Positions 8,733 through 17,236 of a stretch of DNA of 25,690 nt are shown piece after piece. Below the pieces are notes generated by a model that worked only from the letters and a program-made list of their open reading frames with translations, was not told the DNA's origin and did no database searches. Positions within the stretch are counted from its first letter, which is position 1, and every line of letters starts with the position of its first letter. The DNA lies in the IMG/VR virus record IMGVR_UViG_3300017774_000177, positions 1 through 25,690 of that record. One strand, written 5' to 3'. A program made the translations under genes and the position numbers. This DNA comes from a virus (taxonomy: Duplodnaviria; Caudoviricetes).

Positions 8733-9312
8733 AGAGCAGAACGCTTATAGGTCCCGCCTTGGAGTCTCAGGTAACAAGCAGTATCTCCAGAATGCTGAGT
8801 CAGTCATCCGGGATGTGGGCTCACAGGTCGATCAGACTGTCCGCCAGAACATCGAACGCTCTTCTGCGGTTCGGCAGGAACTAGAGGGGATCTCTCGTAA
8901 CGCCCGTCAGGCCAAGGCTACGGCGACTACGGTGACTGCTGCTGCTGGGGTTGAAGGTCGTAGTGTTGATCTCCTCCATGCTGAGTTTGACCGCGATGTC
9001 TTGGAGTTTGAATCTGCTGCGGTCCGAAACCTCAGTAATATGCGGACGCAAATGGGTATGGAGATTCAGGCTATCTACGCCCGCGGTCAGAGTGCCATCA
9101 ATGGTGGCTACCCTGCGCCGCTGCCGCCTGCTGCTAACCCCAGCCCATGGCTCCCGCTGATCAACGGTGTTACCACGGGTATCAGTACCTATAGTGCCCT
9201 CCAGTCATTCCGTACTCCGAATGGTGTGGGGGCTCAGGCAAACCAGACAGTAACCCCTCCACCCCCTAGTGGGCTTATTCCCGGGGTTCGCAGCGTTCCT
9301 CCCGGACCATAA
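8647..9312 (+). CDS. Internal virion protein B, T7 gp14-like ejection protein
   Basis: MC start with Ala/Gly-rich hydrophobic N-terminus, AAAGVEGRSVDLL motif, synteny. Confidence 0.75.
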   Translation: MCTWELGVAAAIGAASSGAQLAAQNKAAKEQNAYRSRLGVSGNKQYLQNAESVIRDVGSQVDQTVRQNIERSSAVRQELEGISRNARQAKATATTVTAAAGVEGRSVDLLHAEFDRDVLEFESAAVRNLSNMRTQMGMEIQAIYARGQSAINGGYPAPLPPAANPSPWLPLINGVTTGISTYSALQSFRTPNGVGAQANQTVTPPPPSGLIPGVRSVPPGP

Positions 9313-9314
9313 TC

Positions 9315-12119
9315 ATGGCTAAAGCACGACCTAATCTTGGCGTAACTGCCCAACCAGTCAGCACCTTTATCCAGCCCAACCAGAATGCGGTGGCTGCGGA
9401 GTTGTATGACCAGCAGACGGTCCAGAACGCTCTTCAGTTTGCCGAAGCCTTCAGCAACCTGTCGGTGAGCGCGGCTCGTCTTGCTGGGGGCCTGAAGCAG
9501 GAATGGAACGAAGAACAGGTCCAGCAGGGTATGGATCTGGTCAACAAGAGCCGGAAGTCTTACCAGCAACTGGTTCAGTCTGGTGAGATCAAGCCCACGG
9601 AGAACCCGTGGTTTGCCGTTGGTGCCCAGAAGGCCAGCGGCTCTATTGAGGCCATGAAGGCCCGGGTTAACTTTGAGAGCCTGCTGGAGCAGAAGGTTGC
9701 CGAAGACCCGTCGTTCCTTGATGACCCCCGGGGCTTCGATGCCTTCGCCTACCAGTACACGCAGAATGTCAACCAGTTCATGGGCGATGCGTCGTACATG
9801 AGCAGGGCCTTCTACGAGTCGTTCAACCCTTTCATGGGGACGATGCAGGCCAAGCATGAAGGCCGCGTCATTGAACACAACACCCAGAAGATCCTGACGG
9901 GGGTGGCTTCAGAGGTCCAGCGGGCGGCGCAGGATTGGACCAGTCCAAACCCAACGGTCAGCCAGCAGGCTCTAGGAACGCTTCAGACCCGCCTTGATGA
10001 GATGGTCAATCAGGGTGTCGCCTCTAACCGTGTCAACAACGCTGCTGTGGATGCGTTGGTTGAACTGATGGCGACCTCGGATGACCCCCGGGCTGCTCGG
10101 GAGATGTTCAATTCCATTAAGTCTGGTACTGGTTCTCTGTCCAGCACTCAGTATGCCAAGACTCAGATGGCGATGAACGCCTCTAAGATCCAAGCCAACG
10201 ACCTCCGGATGTCTGCCGAAGAATCGAAAGTTTTGGCAGCGAGGATTGAAAAGGATCTGACTCCACAAATCGTGTCTGGTGCAATAACTGTGGAGCAGGC
10301 CGAAGAAGCCCTTCGGGAAGACTTTGCTCAGGGCAAGGTGCGGATCAATGCCAACGAACAAGAGTCCAAGATTGGCTACCTGCGTTCTTTCAGCGCGGCT
10401 GCTATTCGTGAGCGTGAGGTCCAAGTAAAGACAGAACAGAACAACGCTTTCTGGGAACTGGTTACCCTTGCAGCGGATACCGATGGTGTTGAGGACCTTG
10501 ATACACGGCTTGGAGAACTCAAGCAGCGTGTTGGGGCTATTGGTCTAGACCCTGAGCAGTTGTATAGGGGCCGGGAATTGCTGGATCGGATTACCGAACA
10601 AGCAAAGAAAGATCGTGTACTGGCTACGGCAGACGCTCAAACCAACGAACTTTATCAGTTGGCCCTAGATGCCAAGAATGCACAAAGTGACGAAGAGGCT
10701 TCTGCGGCACTTAAGAAGTATAAGGATCGTATTGAGACTCTCGGATTGGCTCCTGAGCAGCGGTTTAAGGCTGAAGAGATGTTTGCAAAGGTTCAAGACG
10801 ATACCTTTGAAGCCCAGTCCATTAGGAACATCAATAACGCCACCACGATTCTCTGGAACGGTACTGGGAATGGCGACGGGATCCTGCCCACTCTGGACCG
10901 GGAAGTTCGTGAGTCCTTTGAGCCAAACAGCAACTTTGTTCCCGGATTTGCTGAAGCCCGTCAGCAGTACGATACCTACCTGACTCAGACCCTCGGCCTT
11001 ACTGATCCTAACGACACTAAGTACAAGAAGGGGCTTACTCAAGCGTATACGAAGATGCGGGATGCTCTGAAGCAGTACGAAACTGTGTACCTTCAGAAGG
11101 CCGCTACCCGCGAAGAAGCCGCATCAGTTAGGCAGCGATTCCTCGCCATGCGTATGAATCTTGCGACTGAGTTTGAGGATGCTCGGGATGTCGCTCCGGC
11201 CTTTAGAGGGCTCCTGAGCGAAATGAATCCACAGGTTGTGGAACGGGCTGGATCGGGTGAGGTTGGAGCGTTGCCATACACCGAAGACATGGTGATGGCT
11301 TATATGTTGGCTAATGACAACAACCAAAATCTGTCCACGATTCTACCCGGCGGGGAAAACGGTAAGGCCCTGATTGCTCAACTGGACTATGCTGTGGACC
11401 GTATTCGGGCTGGAGAAAAGATCGGAGATGTGGCTCGGGATGTCTCTAGGTTGATGTCTTTCGGCGGCGTGTCCAAGATCGACTACTTCGATAAGATCAA
11501 TCCTGTCAAGTGGATGGATACTGATGGATCTGATCAACAGACTAGGGAAAACATTCGGGTATCATACGCAGAACTTAGGGAGGCTGTTGCGGCTACTTCC
11601 CGTTCTGGAGCCTTTGAGCCCGATGCTGGTACCTATCTCGACTACGAATACCGTAGGCACTACGCAACGGAAGTAAGTAACAACCCCATGGCATCTCGTA
11701 GTGCCCACAAGGTCGCTATGGACAAGGTCATAGAAGAGAATGTGCTCATCCGTGGCTCTCTGCTTCCTAAGCGGAACCTTGGTCCTAATCAGGATGAACT
11801 GTACCTTGAAGTGTGGCTCCGGGCCAAGTACCCCGGCAACCCCAATGCAACCTTGGTTGTCGTGTCGCCCCCGGGGGCAGATCAGGTCTTGATGGCCGTG
11901 CGTGAAAACGGAAAGGCCGTCACTAGCGGTCTTATCAGGGCTCAAGACATCAAGATGGATGATGCCCTGTTTGCTCAGACTGTTAATGATATGCTGAGAG
12001 GAAAGAACGCACCAAAACTTCCTCCCTTGTTGATTAAAACCAGAGGACACCGCTCTCCGCTTCCCGCATGGCTGGATGCTTGGCTGTACGAAGAAAAATC
12101 TGGTATTCTTACGCGGTAA
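9315..12119 (+). CDS. Internal virion protein C, T7 gp15-like ejection protein
   Basis: 934 aa, predicted helical; A.PVSTF..P N-terminus and ENPWF motif; lies between the gp14- and gp16-like genes. Confidence 0.7.
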   Translation: MAKARPNLGVTAQPVSTFIQPNQNAVAAELYDQQTVQNALQFAEAFSNLSVSAARLAGGLKQEWNEEQVQQGMDLVNKSRKSYQQLVQSGEIKPTENPWFAVGAQKASGSIEAMKARVNFESLLEQKVAEDPSFLDDPRGFDAFAYQYTQNVNQFMGDASYMSRAFYESFNPFMGTMQAKHEGRVIEHNTQKILTGVASEVQRAAQDWTSPNPTVSQQALGTLQTRLDEMVNQGVASNRVNNAAVDALVELMATSDDPRAAREMFNSIKSGTGSLSSTQYAKTQMAMNASKIQANDLRMSAEESKVLAARIEKDLTPQIVSGAITVEQAEEALREDFAQGKVRINANEQESKIGYLRSFSAAAIREREVQVKTEQNNAFWELVTLAADTDGVEDLDTRLGELKQRVGAIGLDPEQLYRGRELLDRITEQAKKDRVLATADAQTNELYQLALDAKNAQSDEEASAALKKYKDRIETLGLAPEQRFKAEEMFAKVQDDTFEAQSIRNINNATTILWNGTGNGDGILPTLDREVRESFEPNSNFVPGFAEARQQYDTYLTQTLGLTDPNDTKYKKGLTQAYTKMRDALKQYETVYLQKAATREEAASVRQRFLAMRMNLATEFEDARDVAPAFRGLLSEMNPQVVERAGSGEVGALPYTEDMVMAYMLANDNNQNLSTILPGGENGKALIAQLDYAVDRIRAGEKIGDVARDVSRLMSFGGVSKIDYFDKINPVKWMDTDGSDQQTRENIRVSYAELREAVAATSRSGAFEPDAGTYLDYEYRRHYATEVSNNPMASRSAHKVAMDKVIEENVLIRGSLLPKRNLGPNQDELYLEVWLRAKYPGNPNATLVVVSPPGADQVLMAVRENGKAVTSGLIRAQDIKMDDALFAQTVNDMLRGKNAPKLPPLLIKTRGHRSPLPAWLDAWLYEEKSGILTR

Positions 12120-12137
12120 AGCAAACAACTATAAACC

Positions 12138-15100
12138 ATGGCTGAACTAACTTTCTCAAGTCCAATCTTTACTCAGAGTGCCGAAGAGATGGCGGCTGAA
12201 CGAGCCATTCTCAATCGTGATGGGATCTATGACCCCAACTTTGAGATGCTGACTTCAGATGCCCGTGAACGGTTCTTGTCAGGGGCTGTTCAATCGGGTA
12301 TGGGTAGTGCGATCTACCAGACGGTAGAGGGGGCCTACGATTGGTTCTCGGGCGAAACAAAGGACCCCCTGAACTTTTCAAGCATCAACGAAGTCGGCCC
12401 CGGCTCCCCTGTTACCTATTCGATGGGTAACAACAAGGAGGGACTGCAAAAGGATCTGGACACCATTCCGGCAAAGCATTGGCAGTATGTCCTGTCGGCT
12501 TCCAGTTACAACGAGTATCAGGACCGCCTTGAGTTTGTCCGCCGTGGTATGCCACAGGCTCAAGCGTCCACTATTGGCCTCGCTACGGGCCTTGTGGCCG
12601 ACATTGGAATTATGACCTTGGGTGGGTACCTTGCAGAGCCTATTGCTTTGGCTGGTCTTGGTACCCGCACTACGATGGCTGGCAAGGTGGCTTCACGGTC
12701 GTTTGGATCGTATGGTGCCCAACCTGTTGCTGCCGCTGCCGCAGAAGCAGCCAATGCTGTATCCCGCCTGAGTCTTGGAGCAAGGTATACGGCTGTGGGT
12801 GTCGGTGAAGAGGTCGTTTACCAGTTTGCCCGACAGGGCATTGATCCGCTATACGACCCTTCCTTTGGCGAGGTTGTCCAGAACATGGTCCTGTCAGGGT
12901 CTGCTGCTGGCTTGATCGGTGGCGTAGCCTTTGGTCGTCGCTTTGTGGCAGACCAGATTGAGGAGGCGGCGCAGGGTTTCTACCGTCAAGGGCAGGCGAT
13001 TCTCCCGGGCGGCTTTGAGATCAACTATACGCCCTTTGCTTTCCAATCTGCCGCCTATGCGGATCAGGCTCTTGCTAGTGCTGGAGGCCGTACTGCTGAT
13101 GAAGCCTTGCAGGAAAGTGCTGAAGCGGGGCTCAAAGAATGGAATGAACTTCCACAAGAACTTCCGACTTCTTCTGGAGTTGTAGGAACTAGATTCGATG
13201 CTGGCTCCATTACTCCTACTGATCAAGGTGTTACGGAAACAGCACAGAAAGCGGTAGGCGAAGCGGTTCCAGAAGGTAAGCCGCTTGAACAAATTAGTAC
13301 TTCAGAGCAACGCAATAGAGCGTTCATGGTAATTCGAGTTTTGGTTTCAAAGAATGATCCTAGGTTTGAAACAGCACCAGCGGTGCGGATGGAAGGAACA
13401 TTCAATAACCCAAATCTTGACCGACCTGTTACGCAAACATCTTTGGCGGAATTGAATCTACGGGGCGACCGCGTTTACCACGAAACATCGTCTAAAAACT
13501 TTCCGGCACTCCTTCAGCGGCTGGAAGGCGGTCAGCGTAGGCACGAAGGGTTGTTTGTTTCAGACAATATTGATCTCGCGCTTGGACAAGGCGGGCGCGG
13601 TGTGGTGTTGGAACTTGACCCAAGCCTTGTAAATGGAAATCCCAATAAAGCAAAGGTTCTTGAGGGGGCGATAGGACGAGAATTTATCGTAGATAGAAGC
13701 CTTGTTGGCAATGTCCGCGCTGTGGTCTTTGCCGATGAAAAAACAGCCAATAAGTTCCGAGAACAACTGGCACCAGTATTTGATGTTGATAGGCCGACTA
13801 CTACGGAACGAGGTATTCGATTTGAACGGCGGGCTGGCGCAAAGACAGCCAAGGTTGCTCCTGCGGCACAGGAAAGCCAGCCGCTCAAGCCGATTGCAAA
13901 TACGGACGCTGCAAAGCCCGTTGTGACACCAAAGCCGTCTGTGGTTGATGTTCTCAAGCCTGTAACACGGCCTGTACAGTCCTCTTCGATGTTTACGGGG
14001 GCTCAACGAGCAGCCTTTGAAGTGTCCTTGGCTACTGGAGTCCAACCGACCGTTGACACTTTTAAGGCGATTGGTCGCGCCATGGTCACAGCGGCTCGTA
14101 CTAGTCGAGGTGGCGGCTTCGCGTTCAACAAGCGATTCTGGGAAGCCCTGAGTGACGAACTTGGTGAGGAGGTCGCTTCTAAGTTCCGTCCTCTTCAACA
14201 GCGGTCGGTGATTAACGGAGCAGACAAACGCTTCGATTCCCTGTATGAACGGGAGTTCCTTGTTGACGATGTGTGGTCCCTGTTTAACACGGGTCGGTGG
14301 CGTTCAGTTCAAGACGCACCTAACTCTCTGGTCTTCCGTGTTCTGGACGAGATTCGATCCCGTGGTGGTACAGTAACTCGTCAGGTTGTCAATGAGGTGG
14401 TGAACGACCTTCGTGAACTGGCTAAGAATCCCCCTACCCGGACTAACGCCAAGGGTCGAGTAGTTGTCGATACCTATGGCCGTAAGGCTGCGGTAATCGA
14501 AATCATCAACAAGCGAACTGGGGCTGTTGATGTCGGTAGTGCAAGTACTGTGGCCCGTCGTAAGGGTCGTACTACAAAGCCGATTGATCTTCCAGAAAGC
14601 GTCCTGAAGCGTCTGTCAGCCACCACCACCAGTAAGGCAGTCAGGGCGGCTGCTGTGGCTGGAGGTCCCGGCACCGGAGGTTCGCCTCCGACGATTACCA
14701 GCACCCCGGGAACCTTTGACGGGGTGCCTAAGCGATTGTCAACTTGGTTTACCGAACGCATTCCTCTGATTTCTCCCCTGCTGAATCAAGCGGCTAGGGC
14801 CATGGAGTCGGAGAACGGTGCCGTTCGGTTGATCGCTTCGCTGGCCTTCAATGCCCGTCGAGCGACTGAATCGGCTACCAAGTACACCATCTTTGAGGCT
14901 GGCAGTCAGATCCTGCACTCCACCATGTTTACCTTCATGCGTGGATACCGCAACTCATTTGTGCGATTTGCCATGGGTCGTGGGACTGAGGATATTGCTG
15001 AAGACGCTGGTACGCTGCTGGATAACTGGAAGTATGCCTTTGGCAACAAGGATCTTCGGCTTCAGTTCAACCGCCGGATTATGAAGCAGATGCGTTCTGG

Positions 15101-17219
15101 TAACTTTGATGACACGGTGTCGGCTGTAAATGACGCTGCCCGAGGCTTCAAGGAGATCTTTGAGAAGATCCACAACATCGCCTTTGAGGCTGGGGTGGCT
15201 GGATTCACCAAGTCTGCTGTTGTGAATTATGTTCCCCGTCTGTGGCGGTTCGACATGATTCGACGCTTGGCTACCACTAGTGAAGGTACTGAAGCCTTGA
15301 CTGGTCTGATTGAGCAGGCCATTGCCAAGAACGGACGCAAGGTTGTTATTAACGGAGTCGAAGAAACCTTTACTGGAGATGTCAAGGCTGCTGCCAAGGT
15401 CTTCACGGAGCGTCTGATCAGCATTGCCAAGTCCACCGAGAATGCTCCTATGACCGAGCAGGATCAGGAACTGGTGGAGGCCCTTGGGGATCTTCTTGGC
15501 CCCCTGAAGGCTAAGACGGGCAGCAGGACTCCCTTTGGCCGTGCCCGTATTCTGCTGGACGAGTCGGCTGAGATCACCACTACTGGGGACCTGTTGGGTA
15601 ACGGTCGAAACAACCTGTCTCTGGCGGACCTGTTTGATGACGATCTGCCCAAGGTGTTCAAGAAGTACATCACTTCAGTCATGGGGGCCGTCAACGAGCG
15701 TCGGTTGATCAACGGATTCAACGACTACTTGGCTGCAAACGGCTTCAAGGGACCCAAGAAGGTGGTTGATGGGGTCGAGGTTCAAGAGCCGCTGAAGGTC
15801 AGCACCATCAATGAGATGCTGGATACGGCTCGTAAACTTGGTGGTGCGATCGAAGACGGACATCTTGAGGGCCTGAAGGAAGTTATTGCCGCCCTGCGGT
15901 ATGAACCTATCTACTCAGGAGCCCCCAAGTTTGGTGACAAGGCCATGTCCTTGTTCATGCAGTATGGGTACCTAACTACTGGTGGTCAGTTCGGCCTTGC
16001 AGCCATTAACGAAATTTCGCGTCTTGTCGGAACTTTTGGAGTCCGTAGGACCTTTACGCAGTTGCCTGTGTTGGCTGAAATGATTGCCAACTACAAGAAC
16101 CTTGATCGTCCTGCTCAGAACTTTGCATCCCTTTTGGATTCGTGGTTTTCACCATCCACCGACCGTCTGCGGCGAACCTTTATGGACCCGTTGGGCTCTA
16201 CTGAGTACACCGGACCCTTCCAGAACGCCATGCGTGGGGCTACAAACCTGATGTCGGACATCTCTGGTCTGGCCCCGATCACCAGTTTTACCCAGCAGTT
16301 GACGGCGGCTACGACCCTCCAGCATCTGTTTGAGTTTGGTTCTGGAGCCATCAAGAAGGGTCTGGATGTTGGGGCCATCCGTAGCCTAGGTCTTGAGCCC
16401 GACGAATACAAGAAGTTGGCTGAGTGGGTCGCCGCCAATGCGGAACTCAAGGACGGATTCTTGGGCAAGCGGGTCGTTGGCCTGAAGAATATGGATGCTG
16501 TCGAGATGGATCAACTGAAGAAGTTTGTGGATCGCATGGTCCGCACCCGAATTCAGGATGTTCCAACCCGGGGTGACTTCCACAAGATGGCGTTCACTTG
16601 GTGGGGCCGTCTGGTCACTCAGTTCTCCACCTTCAATCTGAAGGGCATCGACAACTTCCTGATCCAGAATGCTGGACGAGTCAAGCAGGGTGGCGGGCTT
16701 CAGGTAGCCAAGGAAATTACGGCTACCGCCATGCTTGCTGCCCTGATTGGCTACGGGCGCAACTACGCCGACTGGTGGTCCTTCAAGCAGGCTAGGAACT
16801 ACGAGGAAGCCAAGAAGCGCGAAGAACTGTTGACCCTTGAGGGGGTGGTTCGTGGATCGTTCTCTGGGCCTTCAGAAATGTACCTGTTGACCAAGGGGGC
16901 CGATGCTATGTGGGGTCTGGTCGATAAGGACCCCCTGTTTGCCCCCTATCGTTATTCGGGTCTTAGTGCCTTTGGCTTCCCCGGCGAAACCACCATCAGG
17001 AACGCTGTAGGGGTTATCAATGATGCCAAGGGTACCTTGATTGGCAAGCCACTTGGGCTGGATATTGAACGACAGATAACCAGTAAGACGGTCCACATGG
17101 GCCGTATGCTGTTGCCGCTCCAGAATATGCCGGGTATCAAACAGTACCTGAACATTCTGGAAGAGGAAATTTCGGATGAGTACAACCTGAACCGCCGTCA
17201 ACCCCGGTCTTCAAACTGA
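12138..17219 (+). CDS. Internal virion protein D, T7 gp16-like ejection protein with inserted domain(s)
   Basis: 1693 aa, largest ORF, directly before the fibre; NYVPRLW and GRLVTQFSTF motifs, C-terminal LLPLQN. Confidence 0.78.
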   Translation: MAELTFSSPIFTQSAEEMAAERAILNRDGIYDPNFEMLTSDARERFLSGAVQSGMGSAIYQTVEGAYDWFSGETKDPLNFSSINEVGPGSPVTYSMGNNKEGLQKDLDTIPAKHWQYVLSASSYNEYQDRLEFVRRGMPQAQASTIGLATGLVADIGIMTLGGYLAEPIALAGLGTRTTMAGKVASRSFGSYGAQPVAAAAAEAANAVSRLSLGARYTAVGVGEEVVYQFARQGIDPLYDPSFGEVVQNMVLSGSAAGLIGGVAFGRRFVADQIEEAAQGFYRQGQAILPGGFEINYTPFAFQSAAYADQALASAGGRTADEALQESAEAGLKEWNELPQELPTSSGVVGTRFDAGSITPTDQGVTETAQKAVGEAVPEGKPLEQISTSEQRNRAFMVIRVLVSKNDPRFETAPAVRMEGTFNNPNLDRPVTQTSLAELNLRGDRVYHETSSKNFPALLQRLEGGQRRHEGLFVSDNIDLALGQGGRGVVLELDPSLVNGNPNKAKVLEGAIGREFIVDRSLVGNVRAVVFADEKTANKFREQLAPVFDVDRPTTTERGIRFERRAGAKTAKVAPAAQESQPLKPIANTDAAKPVVTPKPSVVDVLKPVTRPVQSSSMFTGAQRAAFEVSLATGVQPTVDTFKAIGRAMVTAARTSRGGGFAFNKRFWEALSDELGEEVASKFRPLQQRSVINGADKRFDSLYEREFLVDDVWSLFNTGRWRSVQDAPNSLVFRVLDEIRSRGGTVTRQVVNEVVNDLRELAKNPPTRTNAKGRVVVDTYGRKAAVIEIINKRTGAVDVGSASTVARRKGRTTKPIDLPESVLKRLSATTTSKAVRAAAVAGGPGTGGSPPTITSTPGTFDGVPKRLSTWFTERIPLISPLLNQAARAMESENGAVRLIASLAFNARRATESATKYTIFEAGSQILHSTMFTFMRGYRNSFVRFAMGRGTEDIAEDAGTLLDNWKYAFGNKDLRLQFNRRIMKQMRSGNFDDTVSAVNDAARGFKEIFEKIHNIAFEAGVAGFTKSAVVNYVPRLWRFDMIRRLATTSEGTEALTGLIEQAIAKNGRKVVINGVEETFTGDVKAAAKVFTERLISIAKSTENAPMTEQDQELVEALGDLLGPLKAKTGSRTPFGRARILLDESAEITTTGDLLGNGRNNLSLADLFDDDLPKVFKKYITSVMGAVNERRLINGFNDYLAANGFKGPKKVVDGVEVQEPLKVSTINEMLDTARKLGGAIEDGHLEGLKEVIAALRYEPIYSGAPKFGDKAMSLFMQYGYLTTGGQFGLAAINEISRLVGTFGVRRTFTQLPVLAEMIANYKNLDRPAQNFASLLDSWFSPSTDRLRRTFMDPLGSTEYTGPFQNAMRGATNLMSDISGLAPITSFTQQLTAATTLQHLFEFGSGAIKKGLDVGAIRSLGLEPDEYKKLAEWVAANAELKDGFLGKRVVGLKNMDAVEMDQLKKFVDRMVRTRIQDVPTRGDFHKMAFTWWGRLVTQFSTFNLKGIDNFLIQNAGRVKQGGGLQVAKEITATAMLAALIGYGRNYADWWSFKQARNYEEAKKREELLTLEGVVRGSFSGPSEMYLLTKGADAMWGLVDKDPLFAPYRYSGLSAFGFPGETTIRNAVGVINDAKGTLIGKPLGLDIERQITSKTVHMGRMLLPLQNMPGIKQYLNILEEEISDEYNLNRRQPRSSN

Positions 17220-17236
17220 ATCTAAGGAGCAAAGTC

